DNA of 64,000 nucleotides from an uncultured Candidatus Hydrogenedens sp. (GTDB lineage Bacteria > Desulfobacterota_D > UBA1144), in the NCBI GenBank assembly GCA_902609885.1, contig CACLTT010000006.1:6802-70801 (forward strand), written 5' to 3'. The position numbers were made by a program, and so were the translations under genes. Shown in pieces: positions 1-9,845 of the stretch (position 1 is the stretch's first letter; each line of letters opens with the position of its first letter). Under the pieces are notes generated by a model. It was not told where the DNA came from and did no database searches. It saw only the letters and a program-made list of their open reading frames with translations.

Positions 1-148
1 AATACCCTTTTTCATAGGATCTTTGGGTTTTAAAAGTTTAATTAAAAAATTTAATAATAAGTCAAAAATTTACTATTTTTTCGGAAATTTCATGGGTTTT
101 TTATTAATTATTTTTGGTATTGTTGTATTTAACAATAAAATATATATA

Positions 149-177
149 TTGAACCTATATTTTCAAAAGTTTATAAA
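149..177 (+). promoter_or_regulatory. candidate sigma70-like promoter (TTGAAC-N17-TATAAA) upstream of the malic-enzyme operon
   Basis: TTGAAC at 149-154, a 17-nt spacer, and TATAAA at 172-177, about 88 nt upstream of the ATG at 265. Hexamers resembling promoter elements are common in AT-rich DNA. Confidence 0.3.
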
Positions 178-264
178 TTTTTTAAATAATTTTTTTATTT
201 AATTTTGTTCTAATTTTTATTATTTAATGTAAAATTTATTAATTGCTTTAACAGGAGTATTATT

Positions 265-1581
265 ATGAGTGAAGAGACCAAGAATGACGGGATAGTAAAT
301 AGAAGAGAAGAAGCCTTAGATTATCACTCCAAAAATCCGAGTGGAAAAATTGAAATAAAAGTTACTAAAGCAGCTGAAACTCAAGATGAATTATCTCTAG
401 CTTATTCACCTTGGGTTGCAGAACCATGTAAAGAGATACATGAAGATGTGCAAAATGTTTATAAGTATACCAATAAAGGAAACTTAGTAGCTGTTGTATC
501 AAATGGAACAGCAGTATTAGGGTTAGGCGATCTTGGTCCTGAAGCTAGTAAGCCTGTTATGGAAGGTAAGGCCGTATTGTTTAAGCGATTTGCTCAGGTA
601 GATGCCTTTGATATAGAAATTAAGACAACAGATGTTGATGAAATTATCAGGACAGTCGAACTACTTGAACCAACATTTGGAGGAATTAACCTTGAGGATA
701 TAAAGGCGCCTGAATGTTTCAGAATTGAGGATGAGCTTAAAGAGAAAATGAATATACCTGTTTTTCATGATGATCAACATGGAACTGCTATAATTTCTGC
801 AGCAGGTCTTGTAAATGCCTGTGAATTAATTGGAAAAAAAATGGCAGAAATAAAAATTAATATAAATGGTGCTGGTGCATCTGCCATATCTTGTGCAAGA
901 TTGTTTATTACTCTTGGGGCTAATCCTAATAATATACTTATGTGTGATAGTAAGGGAGTTATATATAAAGGTCGAGAAAATTTAAATAAACAGAAAGAAG
1001 AATTCGCTGTTGAAACGGATTGTAGAACCTTAGAAGATACTTTTAAAGCATCTGATGTGTTTATTGGTTTGTCTATTGGAAATGTAGTTTCAAAAGATAT
1101 GGTCTTAGATATGAATGATAATCCAATAATTTTTGCAATGGCAAATCCAGATCCAGAAATATCTCCTAAAGATGCTTTTGAAGCTAGGCAAGATATTATT
1201 ATGGCAACAGGAAGAACTGATTATCCAAATCAGGTAAACAATGTTCTTGGTTTTCCTTTCATTTTTAGAGGAGCATTAGATGTTGCAGCAACTGAAATTA
1301 ATGAGGAAATGAAAGTAGCTGCGTCATTAGCTTTGGCTAAATTAGCAAAACTCGGAGCATCAAAAGATATAGCAAAACGACATAATCGAGAAGAATTAGT
1401 GTACGGTAAAGATTATATTGTACCCTCCCCTTTTGATCCTAGAGTTCTTGTATGGGAATCGTATGCTGTTGCAAAGGCGGCTATAGAAACGGGTGTAGCA
1501 CGATTAAAAATAGACTTAAATGAATACAAATCAAAACTAGAAAAAATGGCTGGAGTAGAACCACAAAATTTTGATGAATAG
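265..1581 (+). CDS. NAD(P)-dependent malic enzyme (short form, no PTA domain)
   Basis: 438 aa. Malic-enzyme motifs [15 protein letters not shown] and a Rossmann GAGASA segment are present. The ORF overlaps the next gene by 11 nt. Confidence 0.85.
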   Translation: MSEETKNDGIVNRREEALDYHSKNPSGKIEIKVTKAAETQDELSLAYSPWVAEPCKEIHEDVQNVYKYTNKGNLVAVVSNGTAVLGLGDLGPEASKPVMEGKAVLFKRFAQVDAFDIEIKTTDVDEIIRTVELLEPTFGGINLEDIKAPECFRIEDELKEKMNIPVFHDDQHGTAIISAAGLVNACELIGKKMAEIKININGAGASAISCARLFITLGANPNNILMCDSKGVIYKGRENLNKQKEEFAVETDCRTLEDTFKASDVFIGLSIGNVVSKDMVLDMNDNPIIFAMANPDPEISPKDAFEARQDIIMATGRTDYPNQVNNVLGFPFIFRGALDVAATEINEEMKVAASLALAKLAKLGASKDIAKRHNREELVYGKDYIVPSPFDPRVLVWESYAVAKAAIETGVARLKIDLNEYKSKLEKMAGVEPQNFDE

Positions 1582-2014
1582 AAAGATATTTTTTTTATTT
1601 TTTATTTTCTTTTTTATCAACCCTAACTTACAATCAGCTCAATTAACTGAAGAATCATCTTTTTTTCTTAATTCGCTTGAGGGTGACGTTAAAGAAGCCT
1701 ATGATTATGCAGTAAAAAATCCAGAAATTTTGAGTAATTTTTCTTGTTATTGTGGATGTGAAAAAATTAAGCATACAAGTAATAAATCATGTTTTATCAA
1801 AAAAATTGATCAAGATATAATCCAGCTAACTAATCATAGTGTTTCTTGTCCAATATGTATTGATGTTGCTCTTACTGTAAAATATCTTACTCAAGATGGT
1901 TTTAGTTTGACAGAAATAAGATCCATTTTAGATGATGCTTATGTTGGTTACCCTACTACACAAACTAAATTAGAATTAAACGAGGGCTCTACAAAAAGCT
2001 GTTGCAATGAATAA
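1571..2014 (+). CDS. exported Cys-rich protein with PCYCGC-like motif (SCYCGC...H..S...CF...SCPIC)
   Basis: 147 aa with a hydrophobic N-terminal signal-like segment. The motifs FSCYCGCEKIKHTSNKSCF and HSVSCPICID resemble the PCYCGC-domain family (pattern recognised from memory). The gene is overlapped and translationally coupled to its neighbours. Confidence 0.55.
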   Translation: MMNRKIFFLFFIFFFINPNLQSAQLTEESSFFLNSLEGDVKEAYDYAVKNPEILSNFSCYCGCEKIKHTSNKSCFIKKIDQDIIQLTNHSVSCPICIDVALTVKYLTQDGFSLTEIRSILDDAYVGYPTTQTKLELNEGSTKSCCNE

Positions 2015-2561
2015 AATCTTATTTCTTGCTTTAATAATTATTTTCATAACATCATGTAATGGAGATAAAAAAATAAATTCACAATTCATCTTGATCAACA
2101 AAGTTATATCAAATGAATATGATTTAAAAAAATTTGAATATAAAGGATTGAGTAATCGTCGTGCAGCAGATAAGGCTTATATGCTAGAGTTAGAATTTAA
2201 AGAACTTAAAGGTTTCAATATAATCAATTTTTGGGCATCTTGGTGCTATCCATGTATAGAGGAAGTAGAAGATTTTAATGATTTTATAATACAGGAGAAT
2301 TCAAATTTAGAAATTATTGGTATAAATATTTTTGATGATTATGAAGAGGCTGAGAAGTTCATTTTATCGAATAAACCAGACTACCCTAATTTTTTTGATG
2401 AAACCAAAACAATTCCAATAGAATTTGGGGTTTCAGGTGTTCCCGAAACTTTTTTTTTGTATAACAACAGAATAATATATAAATATGTTGGTAAAATAAG
2501 TTCAGATAAAATAAGTGAGGGTCTAAGTAAAGCTTTTACATATGTCGAAAATAATAATTAA
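2007..2561 (+). CDS. ccmG: thiol:disulfide interchange protein CcmG/DsbE (TlpA-like thioredoxin)
   Basis: 184 aa with an N-terminal hydrophobic anchor and a WASWCYPC active-site motif. Confidence 0.75.
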   Translation: MNKILFLALIIIFITSCNGDKKINSQFILINKVISNEYDLKKFEYKGLSNRRAADKAYMLELEFKELKGFNIINFWASWCYPCIEEVEDFNDFIIQENSNLEIIGINIFDDYEEAEKFILSNKPDYPNFFDETKTIPIEFGVSGVPETFFLYNNRIIYKYVGKISSDKISEGLSKAFTYVENNN

Positions 2562-2898
2562 TTTATATCTTCTTATATTTATTCTAATAATTCCACTATC
2601 AACTTTAGCTAATAATAAAGTCTATGAAATTTCCAACGAATTAATGTGTCCTGTTTGTCAGGGTCAAACTGTTGCAGAATCTAATTCTGGCCTTGCGATA
2701 TCAATGAGAGAAGTTGTTAAAAAACAAGTTTCTGAAGGTAAAAGTAAAAAAGAGATTTTAAATTATTTTGTAAATATTTATGGTGATACTATTTTAGCTA
2801 CCCCACCTGCAAAAGGGTTCGGAATTATTTTATATCTATTTCCAATTCTAGTATTAGTTAGTTCAGTTTTATTTTGGATTAGAAGGTTCAATAAATGA
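2542..2898 (+). CDS. ccmH: cytochrome c-type biogenesis protein CcmH
   Basis: 118 aa. MCPVCQGQTVAESNSGLA matches the CcmH LRCxxCQNQSxADSNA signature, and a C-terminal TM segment is present. Confidence 0.8.
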   Translation: MSKIIINLYLLIFILIIPLSTLANNKVYEISNELMCPVCQGQTVAESNSGLAISMREVVKKQVSEGKSKKEILNYFVNIYGDTILATPPAKGFGIILYLFPILVLVSSVLFWIRRFNK

Positions 2899-4274
2899 TT
2901 TTTGATCAGAACTTTAAAAGGCTAAAAGTCATAAAAGAATCTACAAAGTTAGAAAAATTAAAAATAAATAAAAAAAGCTTTGTTGCATATTGGATGTCAT
3001 CTAATCAAAGGATTAATTGTAATTATTCTCTCAATGAATCTTTGAAATTAGCAAAAAGGTTAAAAGTTTTGCATAAAACATTTTTTATTTATAATTCTCA
3101 ACATTATAATTCACTTTCTAGGCATCATGAATTTATGTTGAATGGCTTAAAAGAGGTTAATAATCATCTAAATTCCTTAGGGCATCAATTATATTTTTAC
3201 ATTTATAGTGATTCATTAATAAAGTCAATATTAAAAAATTGTGTAAGTTTAGTAGTTGATTCAACTTATACAAGTAGAGCAAAAAAGTATCAAAAAAATA
3301 TTTTAGATAATCTGAATATTAATATATATTCCGTAGATAATCTTTATCTACCTGTAAAAAGAGTATCAGACAAACAAGAGTACTCGGCAGCGACCTTTAG
3401 AAAAAAATATTATAATGAATTAGAGGATAAACTTCATATTCATAAATTTGAAATACCTTTATTATTAAAAGAAGTTGATTCTATAAAGATCGAAAATAAT
3501 TTTACAGATATAATTAATAAAGAAATTAATTATTTAAAGACTGATGAATTTATAGATAAAAAAGTTGTTAATATTTCAGGTCCCATGTCAGCTGAAAAAG
3601 AAATTGATAGCTTCATTGACAGTAATTTTGATAGCTACGAGGAAAATTGTAGCAATCCTGAGTATATAAAAAATTCAACTATCAGTAGATTTTTACATTA
3701 TGGACAGATAACAGCGTCACAAATTATATCTAAATTAAATAAAAATATATCAATAGAGCACCCTTTTTTAGAGCAGCTCTTAATAAGAAGAGAATTGGCA
3801 TATAATTTTACTTTTTATAATGATAATTATAATAATTATAAATCTTTACCAAGTTGGGCTTTAAATACTCTTGAGAAACATCTGAGGGACAAAAGGGAAT
3901 ATATTTATGAATTAAGTGATTTTGAGTTTGCTAAAACGCATGATAAATACTGGAATACCGCTCAGATTCAACTTCTTACAACAGGCTATATTCATGGATA
4001 TATGAGAATGTATTGGGGTAAAAAGATTCTAGAGTGGACGCCAGGATATAGGGATGGAATAGAAATTGCGTTATATCTTAATAATAAATATCAATTAGAT
4101 GGTAGAAATCCCAATAGTTATGTTGGTGTTCTGTGGTGCTTTGGATTACATGATAGAGCTTGGCGAGAAAGAAATGTTTATGGAAAAATTAGATATATGA
4201 ATGATAATGGATTAAGAAGAAAATTTGATATAGAAAGATATGTTAATTTTTTCAATCAAAGAGAGCTATTTTAA
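2895..4274 (+). CDS. phr: deoxyribodipyrimidine photolyase, class II (CPD photolyase)
   Basis: 459 aa. VAYWMSSNQR matches the class II N-terminus. The C-terminal GYIHGYMRMYWGKKILEW...LDGRNPNSYVGVLWCFGLHDRAWRERNVYGKIRYMN is the class II FAD-binding signature. ATGA overlap with ccmH. Confidence 0.85.
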   Translation: MIFDQNFKRLKVIKESTKLEKLKINKKSFVAYWMSSNQRINCNYSLNESLKLAKRLKVLHKTFFIYNSQHYNSLSRHHEFMLNGLKEVNNHLNSLGHQLYFYIYSDSLIKSILKNCVSLVVDSTYTSRAKKYQKNILDNLNINIYSVDNLYLPVKRVSDKQEYSAATFRKKYYNELEDKLHIHKFEIPLLLKEVDSIKIENNFTDIINKEINYLKTDEFIDKKVVNISGPMSAEKEIDSFIDSNFDSYEENCSNPEYIKNSTISRFLHYGQITASQIISKLNKNISIEHPFLEQLLIRRELAYNFTFYNDNYNNYKSLPSWALNTLEKHLRDKREYIYELSDFEFAKTHDKYWNTAQIQLLTTGYIHGYMRMYWGKKILEWTPGYRDGIEIALYLNNKYQLDGRNPNSYVGVLWCFGLHDRAWRERNVYGKIRYMNDNGLRRKFDIERYVNFFNQRELF

Positions 4275-5198
4275 TAAAAATTTTTCAAATTTTTTACTGT
4301 ACTTAAAATTAACAATATTTTTATTTTCAAAAGAAATAAATAAAGGGAAATTTTGATTTAAGTTATCATTTTCTAACAATTTATCAATATCCATCAAATT
4401 TAAAGTGTTTGCCAAAATATCATTATTAGAGTTTGAATTTGTTGCAACAATTATTATCAAATCATCGCGAACTGCCAATTCATTATCCTTCATATTCAAA
4501 TTAAAAGTATATAAATCTTTATCTAATTTATAAACAGAATATGAGTCAATTAAATTAAAATTAATTTGGTCAAATATATAACTTGGCAATTCGATATATT
4601 CTGAATCTTTTAATTGATAGTTGTACTTTGTAATAACTTTATCAAAGGTAATTGCAAATTTATCTAATTTTTGACTAATTAAATAATCTTTAATATTATC
4701 TACGATTATCCCTTTTATAATTGAATCAAAGCTTAATTTTGTACATTTCTGCTTTTTAGAGAAAACATTGTTTATTTTAATTTTAATATTTGTCATTATT
4801 GTACATCTTGAATGAACCTCAGATTTTAAGTAATAATCTAATTTTTTAACTTTTTGACTTTTATTTAATAGTGTAAAAGATGTAGGATTAAATTTACCTT
4901 TAGTAATTTTATTGAAATCGTTTAATACTTTATAAGCATCTACAAATATATCTGGAGCTGAGACATCTGAGCTTTTCTCTAAATCATTAAATCTTGAAAT
5001 AAATGAACTTGAATCATATTCATTCAAAGCATCAGATATTTGATCAATTTTATTTTTAATTGCTCTCTTTTGGTCACCTGTTAGCGAATCAAGTGTATGA
5101 ATCTTAAGCTTTCTATCTATTATATTATATACTTTCGTGATACCATATGTGTCTATGCATGGAAATGCAATAAAAATAAATATAAGAATAAAGCGCAT
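4266..5198 (-). CDS. exported hypothetical protein (weak ApbE-like SRFN motif only)
   Basis: 310 aa with an N-terminal signal peptide (MRFILIFIFIAFPCIDTYG). The only family resemblance is EYDSSSFISRFN versus ApbE S-x-L-S-R-F-N, so a flavin-transferase assignment is tentative. Confidence 0.5.
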   Translation of the reverse strand: MRFILIFIFIAFPCIDTYGITKVYNIIDRKLKIHTLDSLTGDQKRAIKNKIDQISDALNEYDSSSFISRFNDLEKSSDVSAPDIFVDAYKVLNDFNKITKGKFNPTSFTLLNKSQKVKKLDYYLKSEVHSRCTIMTNIKIKINNVFSKKQKCTKLSFDSIIKGIIVDNIKDYLISQKLDKFAITFDKVITKYNYQLKDSEYIELPSYIFDQINFNLIDSYSVYKLDKDLYTFNLNMKDNELAVRDDLIIIVATNSNSNNDILANTLNLMDIDKLLENDNLNQNFPLFISFENKNIVNFKYSKKFEKFLLK

Positions 5199-5201
5199 TG
5201 A

Positions 5202-6071
5202 ATGATAAATTCTAACTTATACAAAAATACATTCAAAACTTCTTTTGAAGTTGTACCTCCAAAGTATGAAATTAATAATATTTTTTTAAAAAAATTAGTT
5301 AAATACTCTAATAAATTTGATCTTTTAGATCTAACCTGCTGTCCTATGGCAAATCTCAGAATAACGCCCATAAGTCTTGCCCACTTACTTATTAGCCAAG
5401 GAGTTAATTCTGAAAAAATTATCATTAACTTTTCCACCAGAGATAGAAATACATTAGCTTTACAAAGTGAGATATTAGGAGCTTTGGCAATGAAAATAAA
5501 CAAAATACTAGTTGTTAAAGGAGATAGAATAATTAAAGGTAATTCAAAAAAATCTAAAGAAGTCTTTGAGGTAAATACAGAAAAATTAATTAAAATTCTT
5601 TCAGATTTAAGAGAAGGATATGATTATAGTAAAAATAGAACAAATACTTCACTAAATTATGAAATATTCTCTACGCTCAATATTAACAAATCCTATAAAG
5701 AATTAAAAAAAATTATTAATCAAAGATTGAAACTGGGATCCAATTTTTTTATTACTCAACCAATCTACTCTGAAAGTGATTTTGAACTTATGTCAAAACT
5801 ATCTTTGAAAACAGATTATAAAATTTTATGCGGAATTCTACCTATAACTAACACTAAAGTTCTAAATAATGTTTTTAAAAAGCTAGGTGGTATTAATATC
5901 GATGCACAACATCTAAAAAAAATAAAAAAAATAGATGAAAATGAAATTTTTAATCATTCCAAAGAATATTTAAAAAATTTAATTAAAGTGTACAAAGATA
6001 ATTTGGATGGCATTCATATAATGACATCAGGTGATATATCTAAAGCGTTAAAATTAAAAGAGAATATATAA
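5202..6071 (+). CDS. methylenetetrahydrofolate reductase-like protein (MTHFR/MetF family, divergent)
   Basis: 289 aa. SFEVVPP matches MetF SFEFFPP. FITQPIYS matches ITQFFFD. ILCGILPITN matches IIPGILPVSN. GIHIMTSG matches DFHFYTLN. Confidence 0.6.
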   Translation: MINSNLYKNTFKTSFEVVPPKYEINNIFLKKLVKYSNKFDLLDLTCCPMANLRITPISLAHLLISQGVNSEKIIINFSTRDRNTLALQSEILGALAMKINKILVVKGDRIIKGNSKKSKEVFEVNTEKLIKILSDLREGYDYSKNRTNTSLNYEIFSTLNINKSYKELKKIINQRLKLGSNFFITQPIYSESDFELMSKLSLKTDYKILCGILPITNTKVLNNVFKKLGGINIDAQHLKKIKKIDENEIFNHSKEYLKNLIKVYKDNLDGIHIMTSGDISKALKLKENI

Positions 6072-6733
6072 TGCCAAACACAAAAGATACATTTAATTCT
6101 ATAGCAACAGTTTATGATAAAATCAATAATATTATTAGCTTGGGTAGGCATAAGAATTGGAAATCATTTTTTATCAGTAATATAAATTTTGAGGGAGAAA
6201 TATTAGATATTGCAACTGGGACAGGTGATATAATTTCATCAATTAAAAAGATCTATCCAAATACTAATTGCTATGGAATTGACCCATCAAAAAATATGCT
6301 ATATATAGCTAAGCAAAAATATAAAGATATTAATTTTATTGAAGGATATTCTGAAGACCTTCCATTTCCTGATAATAACTTTAATTTTATAACAATATCT
6401 TTTGGCATACGAAATACCTTATCTATTAATGAGTCACTTAAAGAAATTCATCGAATTTTGAAAAAAAATCAATATCTATTAATTATGGAATTTTCAAAAA
6501 CTGAAAATTTTTTTTTGAAAGTTTTTACAAATCTATATCTTTTTTTGATAATTCCAATTATTGGTCTTTTATATGGTAAATTTAAAGAATATTTTTATTT
6601 ATCAAGTTCAATAAGTAATTTTTATACTCCAAAAGAATTTCAAAAAATATTAGAAAATAATTTTTTCAATGTAGAATCAATCAATTCATTTAATTTTGGA
6701 CTTGTAACAATCTACAAAGCTAAGAAGATTTAA
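6071..6733 (+). CDS. ubiE: ubiquinone/menaquinone biosynthesis C-methyltransferase UbiE/MenG-like (class I SAM MTase)
   Basis: 220 aa. FNSIATVYDKINNIISLGRHKNWK matches the UbiE N-terminal motif, and DIATGTGD is SAM motif I. The start overlaps the stop of the upstream gene. Confidence 0.7.
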   Translation: MPNTKDTFNSIATVYDKINNIISLGRHKNWKSFFISNINFEGEILDIATGTGDIISSIKKIYPNTNCYGIDPSKNMLYIAKQKYKDINFIEGYSEDLPFPDNNFNFITISFGIRNTLSINESLKEIHRILKKNQYLLIMEFSKTENFFLKVFTNLYLFLIIPIIGLLYGKFKEYFYLSSSISNFYTPKEFQKILENNFFNVESINSFNFGLVTIYKAKKI

Positions 6734-7715
6734 AAGTTTCAAGAATTTGGTTTTGATAAAACTCTAATTTTTCTTCATTTAAATAATAATGTGGAGCTGT
6801 CAATATAGGTAAATCTAATATTTTTCTATATTTTGCAATTTCATCATTTACTTCCTCATCAGAACCAACAATTGCAAATTTTTCTACCATTTCATCACTT
6901 ACATTTTTTATCATTGAATCAATATCTTTATTGAAATAAGCTCTTCTTATTTTTTCTATATTTGAACCAAAACCAAGTTGCACAAAAGGTTCTGAATAAG
7001 CTTTTACAATTGAGTAAAAAGCTATCGTTCCCTTACAATCTTTTATCCCCTGAGCCTTATCACTATTAATAGCGCATAAAATTATTGATGAAACATGAGA
7101 ATCTTTATTTTTTTTTAAAGGAATTATATTATTTTTAAGATATTCTTTTGAACAAACAACATGTCCTAAATATCCATCCGACTCATTAAGAGCTATATTA
7201 GACATTTTAGGCCCTATTCCAGCAATCTTTATTGGAATCTGCTCTCTATGAGCCTTAAATGGCCTTTTAAAGGCTTTAATTTCTATTCTATGGAACTTAT
7301 CTGCAAATTCTATGTCTTGACCATTATATAGGCCATTTTGTATATTTTTTAAAATTTTAATTAATGAACTCATTCTTTCAGAAGGCTTATCAAAGTTTTC
7401 TGATCCATGCCATTTTCTGTTGGTATTAATAGCTCCTGATCCTAAACCCAATATTAATCTTCCATTTGATAAACTATCAATATCCATTGCCGAAATAGCT
7501 GTAATTAATGGGCTTCGAACAAAAGCTAATGTGACTGCTGATCCGATTTTTATATTTTTGGTTATTTCAGCTATAAATGTTAATTGCTCAAATGAAGAAC
7601 GGTAAAGTTCAGTAACCCAAGCAGAATGAAAGTTATAATTATCAGCCTTTTTTACAATTTCTTTTATATTTTTAAATGAATTAGGATCTAAAATTATTCC
7701 AAGATTATTATTCAT
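6720..7715 (-). CDS. luciferase-like monooxygenase (LLM-class flavin/F420-dependent oxidoreductase)
   Basis: 331 aa with the LLM fold pattern (ILGLGSG, TIM-barrel periodicity). Convergent 14-nt overlap with ubiE. Confidence 0.65.
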   Translation of the reverse strand: MNNNLGIILDPNSFKNIKEIVKKADNYNFHSAWVTELYRSSFEQLTFIAEITKNIKIGSAVTLAFVRSPLITAISAMDIDSLSNGRLILGLGSGAINTNRKWHGSENFDKPSERMSSLIKILKNIQNGLYNGQDIEFADKFHRIEIKAFKRPFKAHREQIPIKIAGIGPKMSNIALNESDGYLGHVVCSKEYLKNNIIPLKKNKDSHVSSIILCAINSDKAQGIKDCKGTIAFYSIVKAYSEPFVQLGFGSNIEKIRRAYFNKDIDSMIKNVSDEMVEKFAIVGSDEEVNDEIAKYRKILDLPILTAPHYYLNEEKLEFYQNQILETFKSS

Positions 7716-7726
7716 AATCTAATCTA

Positions 7727-8149
7727 CTATTTATCAGAAGTACTTGGTTGAACTTCTTCACTAACTTGAGATGCAACCTCTCTAAATGGGACATCTAAAC
7801 CAACAAGCTCAATTGCCGAAAGTGGTGCTGAGTCTCCTCTTCTATATGAAAGCTTGATAACTCGCGTATAGCCACCGGGTCTATCTATAAAACTTGGCGC
7901 GATAAACTCAAACAGATTCTTAAGAACGTCTCTGTTTTTTATTTTTGCATCTACAATTCTTCTAGACTGAACAGAATCAACCTTAGCAGTGGTTATCAGT
8001 TTTTCAGAAAATCTTTTTAACTCTTTTGCACGAGCATCAGTAGTAATAATTCTACCGTGTCGAAATAGCTCAGTAGCAAGGTTCTTCAACAAAGATAATC
8101 TATGTTGGGTCTTTAATCCAAGCTTACCTTTTCTAACTCTATGTCTCAT
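7727..8149 (-). CDS. rplQ: 50S ribosomal protein L17
   Basis: 140 aa, MRHR..KLGLKTQHRLSLLKNLATELFRHGRIITT, last gene of the alpha operon. Confidence 0.92.
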   Translation of the reverse strand: MRHRVRKGKLGLKTQHRLSLLKNLATELFRHGRIITTDARAKELKRFSEKLITTAKVDSVQSRRIVDAKIKNRDVLKNLFEFIAPSFIDRPGGYTRVIKLSYRRGDSAPLSAIELVGLDVPFREVASQVSEEVQPSTSDK

Positions 8150-9197
8150 TTACAAAACTCCCCTCTGAATCATCATTGGGCTCATCCTCTTTAAGCTTTC
8201 TTTGCTCATAATATAAATCTTTATTAATATCTTCTCCCAATCTAAGATTATATGAAGATATAACATCTCTAACTTCATTTAGAGATCTTTTACCAAAATT
8301 TTCCAAATTTAATAAATCTTCTTCGTTCAACTGAATAAGATCTCCAAGATATTTTATACTAGCTTTTTCTAAGCAATTTAATGACCTAGCAGAAAAATCT
8401 AGCTCTTCAATTTTTGTGAACAGAACATCTTCAGAACCTATTATTTCATCACTTTCTTCTTCAACAATTGGAATTGAATCAATTTCCTCTTCATCAAAAT
8501 TAACAAAAACAGACATTTGATCTTTTAGTATTTTTGCTCCATACGCCACAGCATCTTCTGGCAATAAAGTCCCATTAGTCCATACCTCGATAGTTAATCT
8601 TTCATAATCTGTTCTTCTACCAACTCTTGCAGCTGTTACATTGTAATTGACTTTTAGTACAGGGGAGAAAATAGAATCAACTAATATTTCTCCAATTGAA
8701 TGATTATTTTCATCTCTGGATTCCGTGGGCATATAGCCCCTACCCATCTCTATGGTCATTTCAATATCAAGTTTTGCACTGTCTGACAATGTAGCAATAA
8801 ATTGATTGTCATTAACAATTTCTACATTTTGATTTGTTTCAATATCTTTTGCTGTAACCTCACCTTCACCTTCATAACTTAAACTAATTGTCTGTGGATC
8901 GTAAGTATTCATTTTTAAATTTAATTTTTTTAAATTTAATATTATTTCAGTAACATCTTCTTTTACGCCTGTAATTGTTGAAAATTCATGCTGAACACCA
9001 TCAATTTTTACTTTAGTAATGGCTGGCCCCTGTATCGAAGAAAGTAATATTCTTCTTAAAGAATTTCCAATTGTTAGTCCATATCCTTTTTCAAGAGGCT
9101 GGCATATAAATTTTCCGTAAGTTTCAGATTTTGATTTTTGATCTATTTGTATGGATTTTGGCTTATATAAGCCAATCCAATTTCGCTGAAATTCCAT
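8139..9197 (-). CDS. rpoA: DNA-directed RNA polymerase subunit alpha
   Basis: 352 aa with NTD and CTD conserved motifs; follows rpsD. Confidence 0.93.
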   Translation of the reverse strand: MEFQRNWIGLYKPKSIQIDQKSKSETYGKFICQPLEKGYGLTIGNSLRRILLSSIQGPAITKVKIDGVQHEFSTITGVKEDVTEIILNLKKLNLKMNTYDPQTISLSYEGEGEVTAKDIETNQNVEIVNDNQFIATLSDSAKLDIEMTIEMGRGYMPTESRDENNHSIGEILVDSIFSPVLKVNYNVTAARVGRRTDYERLTIEVWTNGTLLPEDAVAYGAKILKDQMSVFVNFDEEEIDSIPIVEEESDEIIGSEDVLFTKIEELDFSARSLNCLEKASIKYLGDLIQLNEEDLLNLENFGKRSLNEVRDVISSYNLRLGEDINKDLYYEQRKLKEDEPNDDSEGSFVNET

Positions 9198-9206
9198 TTA
9201 TACTCC

Positions 9207-9836
9207 CTATAATTTAGAATAAAATTCAATAATTAATTGCTCATCAAGAGGTAATGTAAAATCATCTCTTGTGGGTAATCTTTTTACTAAACCACTTAGT
9301 TTATCTGAATCAAAATCAAGCCATTCTGGAACACCTCTTCTAGCGACAGACTCGACTGATTCTTTAATTCTTTTTTTGTCTTTACTCTTTTCTTTTATCT
9401 CAATTACATCATTAATTGAAATTAAAAAAGAAGGAATATCTACTTTTTTGCCATTTACTAATATATGCCCATGGTTTACATACTGACGCGCTTCATTTCT
9501 TGAACTAAGAAATCCTAAACGATATACAACGTTATCAAGTCTTCTTTCGAGATTAGAGATTAAATTATTTCCAGTAACACCAGATTGCTTATTTGACTTA
9601 ACAAAATTAATTCTAAATTGTTTTTCTGTTAGCCCATATATTCTTTTTAATTTTTGCTTCTCTCTTAATCTGATTGCATACTCAGAAGATTTCTGCCTAA
9701 ACTTCGATTGGCTCTGGCCAGGCAATATGTTTAGCCTTCTAGCAGCTTTATCGGAAAAAGATCTATCGCCTTTAAGAAATAACTCTTGTCCTTCTCTTCT
9801 TGATAATTTTGTGGTTGGTCCCGTATATCTTGCCAA
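9207..9836 (-). CDS. rpsD: 30S ribosomal protein S4
   Basis: 209 aa, MARYTGPTTKLSRREG; lies between rpsK and rpoA. Confidence 0.92.
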   Translation of the reverse strand: MARYTGPTTKLSRREGQELFLKGDRSFSDKAARRLNILPGQSQSKFRQKSSEYAIRLREKQKLKRIYGLTEKQFRINFVKSNKQSGVTGNNLISNLERRLDNVVYRLGFLSSRNEARQYVNHGHILVNGKKVDIPSFLISINDVIEIKEKSKDKKRIKESVESVARRGVPEWLDFDSDKLSGLVKRLPTRDDFTLPLDEQLIIEFYSKL

Positions 9837-9845
9837 TTAATATCC

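Noticed and set aside
1-15. Possible minus-strand gene start (ATG AAA AAG GGT ATT… reading leftward from position 15)
   Set aside because: Only five codons are inside the window, too few to support a call.
5153-5503. 116-aa minus-strand ORF overlapping the MTHFR-like gene start
   Set aside because: It is antisense to a well-supported CDS, has a hydrophobic low-complexity translation and has no SD.
7420-7605. 61-aa plus-strand ORF inside the LLM gene
   Set aside because: Antisense shadow ORF within a conserved enzyme gene.
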